Assembly: GCF_004010195.1 (NCBI RefSeq)
Contig: NC_057720.1
Location: forward strand, 36,127,321 to 36,179,819
Source: Chiloscyllium plagiosum
Taxonomy: Eukaryota
Direction: 5' to 3'
DNA length: 52,499 bases
A program made the translations under genes and the position numbers. Every line of letters begins with the position of its first letter. Within the stretch, counting starts at the first letter, position 1. The notes under the pieces are model-generated. The model was given only the letters and a program-made list of their open reading frames with translations. It made no database searches and was not told the origin of the DNA. Positions 1 to 12,726 of the stretch are shown here, piece after piece.

Positions 1-470
1 TATTATATAAGTTTCAATCAAATCCCCACTCATCCTTCTAAACTCCGAGTACAGACCAAAGTCCTCAACTGTTCCACATACGACAAGCCCTTCATCCCCA
101 GGATCATTCTTATAAACCTCCTCTGGACCCCCTTTAACACCAGCACGTCCTTCCTTAGGTACAGAATCCAAAACTGCTCACGGTATTCCAAATGCCTTAT
201 ATAGCCTCAGCCTTTTGGATTCTAGCCCTCTTGAAATGAATGCTATCACTGCATTTGCCTTCCTAACTGCTGACTGAACCTGCATGTTAACCTTAAGAGA
301 ATCCTGAACTAGGACTCCCAAATTCCTTTGTGCTTCAGATTTCCAAAGTCTTTCCACATTTAGTAAATATGTTTCCTCACACTTTTCCACATTGTATCCC
401 ACCTGCCACTCTCCTAACCTATCCAAATTCTTCTGCAGCCTTCCTGCTTCATCAACATGACCTGTTCCTC
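1..470 (-). mobile_element. CR1-type LINE ORF2 (RT C-terminal) fragment, degraded
   Basis: Minus ORF 178-492 reads RLQKNLDRLGEWQ..NVEKCE..QRNLGVLVQDSLKV..QVQSAVRKANAVIAFISRGLE, a typical CR1 RT C-terminal region. Confidence 0.85.
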
Positions 471-534
471 CAACTGTTTTTGATTGCTTCACATGCTCCT
501 TTCACAAATACACATTGCCATTCGAGTTTTTCTA

Positions 535-700
535 TCTTTGTTCATTCAGAGATGTGGATGTTGCTGGCTAAACCAAATTTATTGCCCATTCCTAATAGGC
601 AGTTAAGAGTTCACATTGGGCTTTGGGTCTGGAGTTGCATGTCAGCCAGGCCAGGTAAGGGTGCCTGATTTCCCCCCTAAAGGACATGAAACAAATGGAG
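535..700 (-). mobile_element. SINE fragment, same family as 11597-11915
   Basis: Reverse complement resembles the 3' half of 11597-11915, including the tail shared with the LINE at 47899. Confidence 0.6.
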
Positions 701-2734
701 CAAGAAAGATCAGTTCCTATTTAAACTTGTATAATCTCTCTTTCAGAATAAAGGCAAAGTTTCCCACCAAGGCAGTTCCTTCAAAATCATGCAAAGCCTA
801 TCATGTTTAACCTCCCTGTCGTTATATCCGTGCAATTCTGTAATTCCTAATAATGAGTGCAGCAGAGTTATCTCATTTTCCCCATTTCAATGGATCATCA
901 CCTATCTTTCATTCAGTGTCTGCCCATAATTGCTGGTTTAAATTTGGAACTTGCATTGCATTATATTGAACATAAAGAAATAACTGGTCATTCAGCCCAC
1001 TGGGGCATGTTGATGTTTATATTTCACATAAGCCACCTCCCAGCCCTTTTGCAAAGAATTACATAAAACATTTTGACTGCTGTGTATTGCTCATCACTGC
1101 TTAGATAAATTTATTGTAAATCTTTCTGGAATAAATTGAGCACCTTGACATTTTTTTTAAAAAGTGTACTGAAGATGATGGAAGAGCAACTCAGGAAATT
1201 TATGTTCTTTTTTCACCCGAGCTAAGGTGTAGTCAGGAAACTTTTTCAAATGCCGCTGAGGAGATTGGATAGCAGATACACATTGAGTATATTCGATTTT
1301 AAAATATCTTCCTCATGTGGGCATAGCAGTTTCAAAAGGATTTCAATTGAATTTTGTTCACATGTCCGTCTACATGTCTATTTGAAAAAAAGCATTGTGA
1401 CCCTAAAGGACCATTTGCAGTTTCTTTAATGCATCATGTCCACAGGGCGATAAGAGACTTGCAGGTTTAACTTAGTGTGCACTTGTGAAAAATCAACGAC
1501 AATGAAATGATTACGGCCTTGTGTCTGATCAAGAATGTGCAATATTTTCTTTTAGATTAAATGTCATATGGTTTTTAAAATAATTGTGGAGATGATAGAC
1601 GTCAGATGTAGACATTTGGATCTTTTTCCTACTTTGGATAGCTAGATTAGATACAGCCTGCCAAATGGTACCAGTGCTATTTCCCAACATATGCCTTAGC
1701 TCCATCCTTGAAAGAGAATTCAAAAGTACACATGCACACGTTTCCCACACCATCCTTCCTTGTCTCCTTTCTCATTGTTATAACTTAAAAATTTAATTTA
1801 AATCTTTCTAATTTTAAGATAATGGACAGAACCTTATGGGGGTCTGAGTGATGTAGGTTATGGCAAGATCTGTGGTAGAACTGAACGACAAGACTGGAGA
1901 GGTTTGGAGTTGATGGCAGCAGGTAGGGAAAATGTTGCATGCAATAGTGAGAATGGTTGGGCATGAGCCTTGGTGGGAGTGGGTACAGCAGCAGAGGGGG
2001 AAAGTGGAGTTTACAATGGCCCATAAGTTTAATGTGAAGCTACAGGAAAATTTCAAATAAGTGGGAATTCAGAAGAACAAATACAAACCTTCTGCTGCCT
2101 TCAAAACGTATCAATAGTTTGGCTGTCACAACTGTAAGAATAAAGTGCCAAAGGGACAACTGACCAAACGAAAATGCCTTATGTCAAATTGTAATCACCG
2201 TTACTGTGTAGGATTAATAGGAAATGCTGTGCATAGCAAACTTCCACCAACAGAAATGTGATAATGATTGGATAGCTTTTTAAAGCTTTTTGAGAATGCA
2301 GGATACATTTTCGCTACATCAGTGTGCTTTCAATTGCTGACGTTCACCAGCAGAATATGCAGTGCTACTTGATCCTTCCTGAACCTTAGACAATGGTGAT
2401 GATGACAGGATTTAAATGAGGCTTGAACAAGATTGAAACATGTCTTAAAACATGACTATGACCATTTGAGAGGTTTTAAATAGCATTAAAATTGTTAAAA
2501 TTAGTAGATTATGTGCTTTGTATCTCTGTTATGGTTGTGGGAATAAACATTGGATGTTAATTTAATTAGCAGTGTGACATAGTGCTGTTAAGAATTAAGG
2601 TTCTAGCAAAAACTTTAATGATGAATTACCTTATAAACAATTCCATGAACATACAAATTAGAAGTAGGAGTTGGCCACTCAGCCAGTCAAGCCAGCTCCA
2701 CCATTCAATAAGATCATGGCTGATGTCATGATCA

Positions 2735-2949
2735 CAGTCGAGAGTGTGGTGCTGGAAAAGCACAGCAGGTCAGGCAGCATCTGAGGAGCAGGAGAATCGA
2801 CATTTCAGGCATAAACCTTTCATCAGGAATTCTTATGCCTGAAATGTTGATTCTACTGCTCCTCGGAAGCTGCCTGACCTGCTGTGCTTTTCCAGCACCA
2901 CACCCTTGACTCTGATTTCCAGCAACTGCAGTCATCACTTTCTCCTAGT
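2735..2949. mobile_element. Penelope-derived non-autonomous fold-back element
   Basis: Inverted arms ~2736-2814 and ~2833-2911. Sequence matches the PLE tail at 16165-16290. Flanked by tgatgtcatgatca (2721-2734) and tgatctcatgatca (2950-2963). Confidence 0.85.
2798..2827 (-). ncRNA. Minimal hammerhead-ribozyme-like core
   Basis: Minus strand reads CTGATGA-A-AGGT-TTAT-GCCT-GAAA-TGTC; stem II pairs with one GU. Confidence 0.5.
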
Positions 2950-4221
2950 TGATCTCATGATCAGCCTAGCCCTGATAGCATTTCACCCTCTTGCTTATCA
3001 ATAATCTAATTATGTAATCAAAGACTAATTGTAAAACGCTTTTAAATGGGAAAAGCCATATTTTTAAACAGTGACCTCTAGTTCTAGATTCTCCCAACAG
3101 AAGAAAGATGGTTTCCACATTAACTGTCAAGAACACTCAGGATCTTATATATTTCAATCAAGTAACATCTTACACTTCTAAAGTCCAGCATAGACTGTTC
3201 AATCTTTTCTCATTAGACAACATGTCCATTTCAGGTATTAGTTCAGTAAACATGCCGTGAACTGTTCTTAATGTATTTACATCTTTCCTTAATAGGGCCA
3301 GTATTATGCACAGTACTATAGATGTGGTTTCACTGATGCTTAATCTTGTTACTTTTGTATTCAGTTTTCCTTGCAATAAACAATAACATTCTATTAACTT
3401 TTCTTGCTGTACCTGCATGCTAATCTTTTGCAATTCATACAAGAGGCTATCAAAATCCTTCTGCATTACACAACTCTGCAATTTCTCACCACTTAGGTCA
3501 AATGCTTTTTAATTCTTCCTGCTAAAAATGGCCAATTTCACATTTTCCCGCATTATACTCCATTTACTTGGATATTTTCCCACTCATTTAACATATCTCT
3601 ATTCCTTTGTACACTCTTTTGTTCTTTTCACAACTTATTTTTCTATTTTGTTGTTGTCAGCAAATTTAACAACCGTACTTCAGTCCCTTCACCCATGTCA
3701 TTTGTAAACTTTGAAAATAATTGGGGATCCAGGACTGATTCCTGTGGCATGCCATTTATCACAACTTACTGACAAGAAAATGACCCATTAATACCTACTT
3801 CCTGTTTCCTATTAACTAGCTAATCTTCTATCCATGCCCATATGTTTTTTCCTACACCCTGAGCTTTTACTTTACCCAATAATGTTTGATGTGGAATGTT
3901 ATAAAAATCCTTCTGGAAATCTAAGTACAGTACACCCACCAATTCCCTTTCATCCACAGTGTATTTTACTTCTTCGAAGATCTCCAATAAATTGATAAAG
4001 CCATGTTGTCTCTGCCTGATTACCTTGAACCTTTGAAGTGCCCTGCTTTAACATCATTAATGATAGCTTCTAACATTTTCCATACAACTGTTGTTAAGCC
4101 GACTAACCTATAGTTTTCTGCTTTCTGTTTGTCTCTCCCCATTTGATTAAAAGAATTACATTGACTAATTTCCAGTGTAGGGAATTTTGAAAAATTTAAA
4201 ACCAGAACTTCAAATATCTCA

Positions 4222-4492
4222 AACAAAACAAAGAACTGTGGATGTTGGAGAACTGAAACAAAAATAAACGTTGCTGGTGAAACTCCGCAGCATTTAGAAT
4301 CATAGAATCTCTGCAATGTGGAAGCAGGCCATTTGACCCATCAAGTCCACACTGACCCTCCAAAGAGCATCCCATCCAGTTCCAGTACCCTACTCTATCC
4401 CTGTAACCTTGCATTGCCCATGCCTAAACCACCCAGCCTGCACATCTGTGGAGAGAAAACGTTATTTTGAGTCCATGTACCTCCTTCAAGTG
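4222..4492 (-). mobile_element. PLE-tail-derived short element containing a nested SINE 3' fragment
   Basis: Resembles the 47061 and 47322 elements. Flanked by tcaaatatctca (4210-4221) and tcaagtatctca (4493-4504). Confidence 0.6.
4296..4443 (-). mobile_element. HE1-type SINE 3' fragment
   Basis: tagaatcatagaatc..tgtggaagcaggccatttgacccatcaagtccacactgacc resembles the tail of the SINE at 25278. Confidence 0.7.
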
Positions 4493-7400
4493 TCAAGTAT
4501 CTCACTAGTCACTATTTTTATGATCTTAAGATAAAGTCCATCAGGATGCAGGGCTATGTCAGTGTCCTGACCTAACAATTTGCTCAATACCACTTCCATA
4601 ACGATTGTAATTTCTTGAGATTCTCCCTCCCTTCCATTTCCTGATTACAACTATTCCTGGTACGTTTCATATAACCTTTGTAGTGAAGACTGATGCAATA
4701 TTCCTATTCATTTTTTTTTGCCATCTCTTTATTTTCCTTTATTAATTCTCCAGACTCACTTGATTAACTTTTCTTTTTAAAGATCTGTACGTATCTCTTA
4801 ATTGTTTTTTAGGGAACTTTCTCTAATACTTTAATTTTTCCCTCCTTGCTAATGTTTTACTCATTCTTTGGATAGAATATAAAATAATGCAATCTTCTGA
4901 CCTACCAACCATCTTTGCATAATTATATGAATTTTCTTCAAGTTTAAGCTATCTTTAATCTATTTCCATAGCTACAGGAAATTACAAGAAACTTTGGAGT
5001 CCTCCTTTCTTACCAATTTTATTCCATTTCTGCTAGAGATGTTAACTTTGTATTGAACTACAGTTTCATTGATGCACAATTTTCACCTATTATACATATG
5101 TGATGGCAGGTTTTTTTACATAAGGACCACAGGCAAGCTCAGATTTCCTGCACACTAGTGCTTCTACAGGGTCCATGGCAATTTAGCTGTTTTCTAATCT
5201 TGGAACATTTAAGGTATTGCATCTGAATATGAATTGTACCTGGGACCTTAATCTGAGTAGCTGAACTACTCACTGGATAAATTTCCTGAATCGTTGAGCA
5301 AGATTCATTACAATTTTCATGTACTCAAGGCACAGGGGAATTTTCTGGCAGGTGATCCTGACTAATCAAGTCACTAACATTTGGCTCCTGGGTATTTAAA
5401 ATTGTAGCATTACCTCTTCCAACACAAATCTTTAAATGTTCCAAAGGCAAATGTTTACCACATTTCTTTTGGTATATTGATTTATTAAATTGACATTAGA
5501 GACATTCTATCTTGTCAGAATTTCTTTTGGTTCAATTATTTGTGTGTGTACACAGTGGCAGAATGCAAACTCATTTTTACTTGATTTTGCCTTTCTTGGT
5601 TGTGCATCATATGTTATTGTTTTAGTAGGATGTATGGAGCATTAGAGCAAAGCTATACTTCATTATAAAATTAGCGAGTATAAAAAGTACTGTATCCTTA
5701 TTTGTTTTAGACTTATGTTTTGTTCATCTTGTTTGTTCTCACTGCTAGTCTCGCTTCCTGATGGTAGATCATGGAAGGGTCTTATGAATGTTTGTGATAA
5801 CTGTTGAAGGCCTGTGTAACAAGGCTGTAGGAATGAATTGGAGCAGTGTTTAGCCATGATGGACAAGCTATCATGGGGTGAAGCAGCTTTGATGGACTAG
5901 CTGGTCCTTTCCTATTGATTTCTATCTGTCTATATTACTTGAAAGGTGGCAAAGCAGCAAATTGCACCGAAAAATCTATGTTAAAATATTCCCTTGCATG
6001 TTGACTGGATTGTATCCCCTAAGAATCACAGATAGCTATGTTGTGAGGACACTTAAGACAACAGGTTTCTATCTTCTCACCAACACTGTGCAGTCTTTGA
6101 ATATATCTGTTCTGTATGGAGAAAGGTATTTGTAGGTATAAATAAAGGCACATGACACTCGTGAAATGCAGAAGTCAATTTAATATGGAGATTGTCTTCT
6201 TTTTCCCTTAAAGTATGGCTTTCCCTGGAGCCTTTAGTACTTTTAATTTTACCTAAGGGGCTTTCCTTCCATCCAGCTGCCTGAGCATCAGATATTAAGC
6301 CTCATTACTAATTGAACAAAGAAGAGTAATTGACACATCCCATAAACCCTGCCTCTTTGATTTACAGCCTCAGCCTAGCAATGAAAGCATGCTGCTTACT
6401 ACCTGTAAGCTATGAATAAAGAACTGTATTAAATAATAAATGGCTTGATCTCACTTCCATGCACTACTTAATTTAATAGTGATTAGTCTGATAATGCAAA
6501 AGTATATTGTGATGATACATTTAGAGAATAAATTTCTATTTTAAGAGAATATTTTGTGTTTCATGATTGAGAATTCTGTATGTAAACAAACAAGTTGTAA
6601 TTTTTCACTCCTAATGTGATAAACTATTTTTTGCTTTACTTTTTATCTGCTGCACTTTTTATTTTTATTGCTTTTCAGGGAATGACTGTAAGCTTGACAT
6701 AAGTAGATACGGTCTCAAATTGTTCAACTTTTCTCATTACCCTTTATCCGATATTTCTTTGATCTCCTCCTCATCGACCATTTTCTATCTCGAGATATTA
6801 TATGGGTAACTCAAGCAATTGCAGGAAATTACAAGGGTTGCCTGACTAAGAATTTTTCATCATCCACCATTTGCAGCACCCTTCATATAGCTTTTCTTGA
6901 CCCTCAGCACGATCTATCTTTAGTTTTCTTTTGTGAATTCACACAGTTCCCATGAGTGAGTGAAAACTTTAATTGTCAGCAGTATCCTGCCTGTGGGCTC
7001 AAATTATTTTTCAAGAAGTTTGAGATTTTCAATATTTTATTAAGAAAGTTTGATAATTTTTTTTCTTTATAAAATTGACATTAGTTGTACAATGGTCTTT
7101 CCAGTAACTTTGTGATTGAGAATCAGAGCCAAACCTCTCAGCACTGCTTTATTTAGTATGCTATAAATACTTTCTTCTGCGACTGGGAATACACTGGGAG
7201 CCGAGTCTCAATTCTAATAAAGCAGCATGTAATTGAGGTTATTTAGGAATTTTTTTTAAGTACATCAGGTTCAAAGTTAGTGCATTATTCTATGTTCATT
7301 ATGACAAAGATATTTAAAAGATACAGCCAGGGATCTGTCTCATTCCAAATATGCTGCAAAATATGTACAAATAGCTCAACGGGGGCTCACAATATGGGGA

Positions 7401-7639
7401 AATTTCTTAGTAGGAAATTTCTTTCCTACTAGAGGGTCTTGCACCAAAAAGTAACAGCTTTCATATTCCAGAAACAGAACACTTCCACAATTCCTGCATG
7501 ATATGATCATTAAGTTCTATAAGACTAGGAAAGCTGGATATGTTTTCCTTCAGGCAGAATAAGTGAAGGGATACTTTACTGGCAATCTTCGAAATTGTGT
7601 CAGCTTCTGATAAAATAAGTAAAGAGTAGTTGTTTCCAC

Positions 7640-7930
7640 TCCCAAGGGGATCAATAACCACAATATGTAGACTTAAGGTTATGCCAAAGAACCAGAGGGG
7701 ACATGGACCTTTCTTTTACATAACAAAGTTGTGCTCTGAATTGCACCGCCTCAAAGACAATTGAAGCAAATGCAATTGTTGTTTTAAAAAAGAAATTGAA
7801 ATACCTATTTGAAAAATAAACATTTGAAGTACTGTGGTGAAGAGCAAGAGAGAGGAGTGAATTGAAAAGCACTTTTGAAAAAACCAATACACACATGTGG
7901 ACAGAATGATCTGTTCATGATTCAATGATT
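7640..7930 (+). mobile_element. Old CR1-type LINE 3' end
   Basis: Degenerate match to the CR1 terminal coding region, ending in a tgattcaatgattct-type tail. Confidence 0.5.
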
Positions 7931-7934
7931 CTAA

Positions 7935-8120
7935 GGACAGAAATTTTCAGATGATGTGGCTCCCCCCAGAAAACCCCACTAATAGAACCTCCCTGCAACT
8001 GTCTAACACTCTTAGAAGGCATCACCTCATATAGAATTGTGGGTGGCTGGTGGAAAGGCAATTCTGCACCCTCCCCACCTAACTTGCCAACCTACTACTG
8101 GGGATAGTAAGCATCTGCCC
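7935..8120. mobile_element. Possible MITE
   Basis: Imperfect terminal inverted repeats ggacagaaattttc / gtaagcatctgccc; the left end resembles the left end of the Harbinger relic at 37539. Confidence 0.3.
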
Positions 8121-8931
8121 AGTAAGTTTGGTATCAGGACAGGAATGAACAGCCTGACTATTGAATAATATTATTGTCAGAATGCACGTGAAACAGCTTT
8201 GAAACAATTCAACAATTCAAAACCGATAGTATAATTGGTTTGTTTGAAAAATTGCATTGAACATACCCCAACTTTCTCATGACAGGCACACACTGTCCAT
8301 GGGAAGGCCTAAAATTAGACAAAATGACTTCCTAGCTCCAGATTGCTCGTTTCGTACCTGGTGATATTTCATTCCCACCTCCATTGCAGCATTTGTTAAG
8401 CTAAATTCACTACAGATAAGGCAACAAGAATCAAATGTCATCCCCTACAAGGATGAATTCTCAAACTGCAAAGCAGAGTGAAGCACTGGCATTGCTTAAG
8501 ATATCTTAAGAAATGTTAGTCTCTCTCAGTTATTCCTGCTTATCTTCCAGTTCTGTAATTTGGAACAGCTAAGTAACTACTAAAGCCGTGTTTTATATTG
8601 TCTTACTCTTTACTTTAATATCCCATCTTCTTGGCAGTCCCTTGCAGAATTATTTACGTACTTAAATTCCCGTACTGATGATTTACTCACAGATGCAGTA
8701 TAAACTATTATAATATATCACAGGAAGCCATGAGAATTGAAGAATTAAAATAAAAGCCATGACTGACCATTCTCTGATTCTATGTGACCCTAGCTGTCAT
8801 TCAGCATTACATCTTGTGTACAGAATATTATTCCTAAGGCTTTCTATTCACCCTGTTGACATTTGAGTAAAATGTTGTAGGTTTTGTGTGAAAGGGGAGG
8901 AAGGCTTCCTGGAGGTTATGGCGCCGTTTAC

Positions 8932-8988
8932 CGTCACATCAGTTCCATGTTATCAGCCACGTAATTTGACAATAAAAAAAATACAAGC
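8932..8988 (-). CDS. Candidate terminal exon of an unidentified gene
   Basis: Acceptor atttctgttcag|G. All three frames stop within 60 nt (ACIFFIVKLRG*, (G)LYFFYCQITWLITWN*, LVFFLLSNYVADNMELM*). Possible donor ACG|gtaaac; local CpG retention. Confidence 0.25.
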
Positions 8989-10129
8989 CTGAACAGAAAT
9001 ATGTGGAGTGAAATATAAATTGAACATAGGAGTATTGTGCCCTAAGGCTTTCAAAGTGGAAAATGTCCTTCTGTTTGACATACTGCTTAACATGGGCCTT
9101 CTGATGCATGATTTGCTGCTGCATTTTTAACGTTTCACATCAGAACTCTACAAAATGGGTTAACTGTTAGCCTGCAGCAAATACAACCTCATGGAAGGTA
9201 AGGACAAAGCACTTTGAAATTACTGGACAGCAGTAGTTTCCAAAATAAAAAAAAGAGATTAACAAACTGGCTGGTATATGATTAAGCCTAGGATATCTTG
9301 CTTCCATACTTCTTTTCTGCCTTTATATGACCTGGAGAATCACCCTGCAGTTAGATTAAATTAGATTAATAAAGTAGCAGATAAGGTAGCTGACTGTTAT
9401 TTGTGAGGAGACAAAATCTTCCTGAGTTGATCAAATTCAATATGCTGATTAGATATTGCTGTTATCCTACCGAGGAAAGAAAATACCAGAAACACCGTAG
9501 AAGAAATGTTGCTCAAATGTCAAAAAGACCCACCAGTCATCATCCTGTCTAAATGGTCCTGAGGTATTTCAATTCCAGACCAGTGTCTTAGGTCCTTTTC
9601 TACACTCTGACAGCAAAATTCCCTGCAACTGTTTTTTCTATGCCAGAAGAATGTTTGTGATCCTCATTAATTAATTCTGCTTTGTTTTTGCATTTGTTGT
9701 AGCCAATTCCTAGCTCTAACATCTTATTAAATGTCATGGATCTGTTCCAGGAATCAGGTTACCACATGATCTTTGAGTATGAAACTTGTTCTGAACTGAA
9801 TTTGTAGCTTCAGTTTAATCAGCTTACTTGCTGAAATGCTATTCTATCTATGAAGATACCACTGCTCAGTTCATAAAGGGAGACAGAGTCCAATTCAGCA
9901 GAGGAACTGTGCTTCCCTACTCTGACCGTCTCCCACCCACTTGCTCAAAATTCAGTAAAGCATTTCTAATTTAGAAAATGTAAATGAATAGAAAATCCTT
10001 GATGCCCAAAGCCAAAAATCCATGAAGATGATAGGGAAAACTACTAAGTAGTATATGGATACTATGATTCATAAATACTTATATTAAATATAAAAGCAAA
10101 GAGATCATATTAGCACTATAGAAACCACT

Positions 10130-10780
10130 CTGGATGTAGGTTTGCTCACTGAGCTGGAAGGTTCATGTCAGACGTTTCATCACCATATTAGGTAACATCT
10201 TCAGTGAGCCTACAGACGAAGCATTGCTTTCTATTTATATGTTTGGGTTTCTTTGGGTTGGTCTTGTAATTTCCTGTGGTGATGTCATTTCCTGTGGTGA
10301 TGTCATTTCCTGCTCTTTTTCACAGGGGGTGGTAAATTGGGTCCAAGTCAATGTGTTTGTTGATAAAGTTCCAGTTGGAATGCCACGCTTCTAGGAATTC
10401 TTCTGCGTGTCTCTGTTTGGCTCATCCTAGGATGGATGTGTTGTCCCAGTCAAAGTGGTGTCCTTCCTCATCTGTATGTAAGAAGATGAGGAAGGACAAC
10501 ACTTCAACTGGGACAACACATGCATCCTCGGACAAGCCAGAGACATACACGAGAATCCTGAGATGCATAGCATTCCAACCGGAGCTCTATCAACAAACAC
10601 ATTGACTTGGACCGATTTACCACCCCGAGAAAAAGAATAGGAAATGACATCACCAACCCAAAGACACCCAAACACATAAATCGAAAGCAGAAATCATCAA
10701 CAATGCTTCATCCGGAGGCTCAGTGAGCAAACCTACATTCAGAACCTCAACCTGAGCTACAAATCTTCTCAAAACTCATT
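10130..10780. mobile_element. Penelope-like element fragment arranged as a ~650 bp fold-back
   Basis: Arms ~10131-10473 and ~10484-10743. The right arm encodes a decayed PLE endonuclease C-terminus (DEEGQHFNWDNTCILGQA...SINKHIDLD). Perfect 11-bp TSD tagaaaccact at 10119-10129 and 10781-10791. Confidence 0.85.
10168..10207 (-). ncRNA. Minimal type I hammerhead-ribozyme-like motif
   Basis: Minus strand reads tca-CTGAAGA-T-GTTACC-taatat-GGTGAT-GAA-ACGT-C-tga: 3-bp stem I, 6-bp stem II with GU pairs, palindromic ACGT stem III, GUC triplet. Confidence 0.6.
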
Positions 10781-11169
10781 TAGAAACCACTGCTTAGGCC
10801 TCAGCCCAAATTCTAGGACCCATACTTTAGGAAACGGAGTGTTTGAGATACTTGAAGATGGTAAACCTAAGACAATATCAAACAAATGTGAAGACATAAG
10901 GCAAGCATGATAGATGCTTATAGGGTAACTGTTTTACTTCTGTGGTGTAAGTATCTTCGAGTCTGGAGATAATGGACCATGTCACACAATGTGGATTAAT
11001 ACAGTTCAGTTGAGCCCAGTTCAGATTCTGATTGGAAGCACAGGAGAAGGAAGAGAGTTAGTGATAGTAGTTACATCTTTTAGAAATTGTACCCTTGAAT
11101 GGTTGCTAACTCCTGCTAGCACCCAATTAAAAGCATATCATTAGAAATCTGGAAGCTGAAGGATAGGGG

Positions 11170-11317
11170 TGATCAAGCCAAACAGAAGACAGATGAAATA
11201 ATTGGGAGGTTATAGGCCAAACGCAGGCAAGTGGGACTAGCTTAAGAAATGTGGTTGACATGGACGAGTTGGACCTAAGGGTCTGTTTCCATGCTGTATA
11301 ACTGTATGACTCTATAA
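11170..11317 (+). mobile_element. CR1/HER1-type LINE 3' tail
   Basis: ..gcaggcaagtgggactag..catggacgagttggacctaagggtctgtttccatgctgtataactgtatgactcta matches the tails at 24300-24417 and 39890-39994. Confidence 0.8.
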
Positions 11318-11596
11318 CTTGTGTTAAATAAAATGTGGAAAAGAAGGAGCATTTACTTTTGAGTTTGTGAATGGAAATGACTATCAATAAAACAGCACTT
11401 TCAATAATTCTTGCTTCGTGATTAAAAACAAAAAGAACTGAAGTTTATATTAAATATAATCATCAAAAATTTTGATAATGCTTCATATGCGCAATGAAAA
11501 CAATTTGTTACCTGAAAACTGGTTATTGCCATAGCAACTTGTATTACCGATTTAATGGATTATCAACTTCAATCAAAAACTAGATATTTTCAGTCT

Positions 11597-11915
11597 TGGT
11601 AGTGTGGTCGTAATATCATTGCACTAGTAATCCAGATACCCAGGTCCATGTTCTAGGGAACAAATTCTAAAGCTGATCTCAAGAATGGTGACCATGAAAC
11701 TATCGTTAATTGTTTAAAAACCTCATCTGATTTACTAATGTCATTTAAGTAAGGAAATCTTCCTTTCTTATCTGATCTGACCTACATGTGACTGCAGATC
11801 CACAGCATTGTGGTTTACTTTTAACTGTCCTCTGAAATGGCTAATCAAACTACTCAGTTAAAGAATATTTAGGGATGGCAACAAACCGTGGCCTTACTAG
11901 TGACACCCATATCCA
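11597..11915 (+). mobile_element. Probably tRNA-derived SINE with a LINE-shared 3' tail
   Basis: Decayed head (gtggtcgtaatatcattgcactagtaatccaga). The 3' end agggatggcaacaaac..ggccttactagtgacacccatatcc resembles the 3' end of the LINE at 47899-47965. Confidence 0.65.
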
Positions 11916-12726
11916 ATGCAAGAAGTTGTTTTGAAAACGCTGGGCAGCAGCACAATACTGGATAAACCACATTAAAAAATTCTGATGATTCTATTTAGCG
12001 ATTGATTGCATTTAAGACAAATAGAGAACTAGGTCTGTCCCACCCCTTTGTAGCCATTTTTTGAACTTTACAAAAATTCATTGTCTTTGTCTTAAACTGG
12101 AATAACAAGAAAGTACACTCTCTCAAAAATGGCAGCTTCAAGATTGGGGCAATGCTGGTTTGGGATTTTTCGATATTTTGGATGAGGCACTTTGGGCCAA
12201 GCTGACTCAGATGTGGTCAAGGATTGCTTAGGAATAAAGGAATAAACTACTGCACAAGTGGCGAAAGAGATACGTTCGGCACCAACTAGCACTGACCGAT
12301 TCATCCAAGATAGCTATTTGTAATAGAGTAAAATTATGCATGATATTGTAAAAATGGCTGGTTTCGGGTAGCTCCAGATTTTAGACAACCAATTAAGGGA
12401 TTTTTACCTGACATCACGAGCAGTGATATCTATATAGCCTATACTCAAGATCATATGATTACCTATTTGAAACAAAAATATCTTTAATGCAGATATGCCA
12501 TTACACTATGGAAATTACTGTAATTGAGTGTAAATAATAATCTTAATATTATTACTAAAGTATTAAGAGGTCTAATTTTTATCAAAATGCAAAGTAAATC
12601 AAATTTTCTTTTCATTTGCCTTTTGAGCAATTTTCTTTTTTCCTGTGGCTGGAGAAGTATGACTAGTTTGTTTTCAAAGCCATCAATCTATTCAACAGTT
12701 TCAGCTGACAACGATGTGATACGCCA

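Larger units (their letters stand above)
2646..5020 (-). mobile_element. CR1-type LINE, 3' tail at ~2646, interrupted by two nested insertions
   Basis: Starts with a CR1-like reverse tail (aacatacaaattagaagtaggagttggcc...aagatcatggctgat). Minus ORFs 3170-3481 and 4020-4316 contain NYRLVGLTTVVWKMLEAII and RT C-terminal residues. Confidence 0.8.

Noticed and set aside
6679..6805. Strong plus-strand acceptor with one open frame (NDCKLDISRYGLKLF..)
   Set aside because: Mediocre donor, unrecognised peptide and no partner exons.
8939..8990. GLYFFYCQ resembles the TNF-family GLYxxYSQ motif
   Set aside because: The frame stops nine codons later, with no remaining TNF domain.
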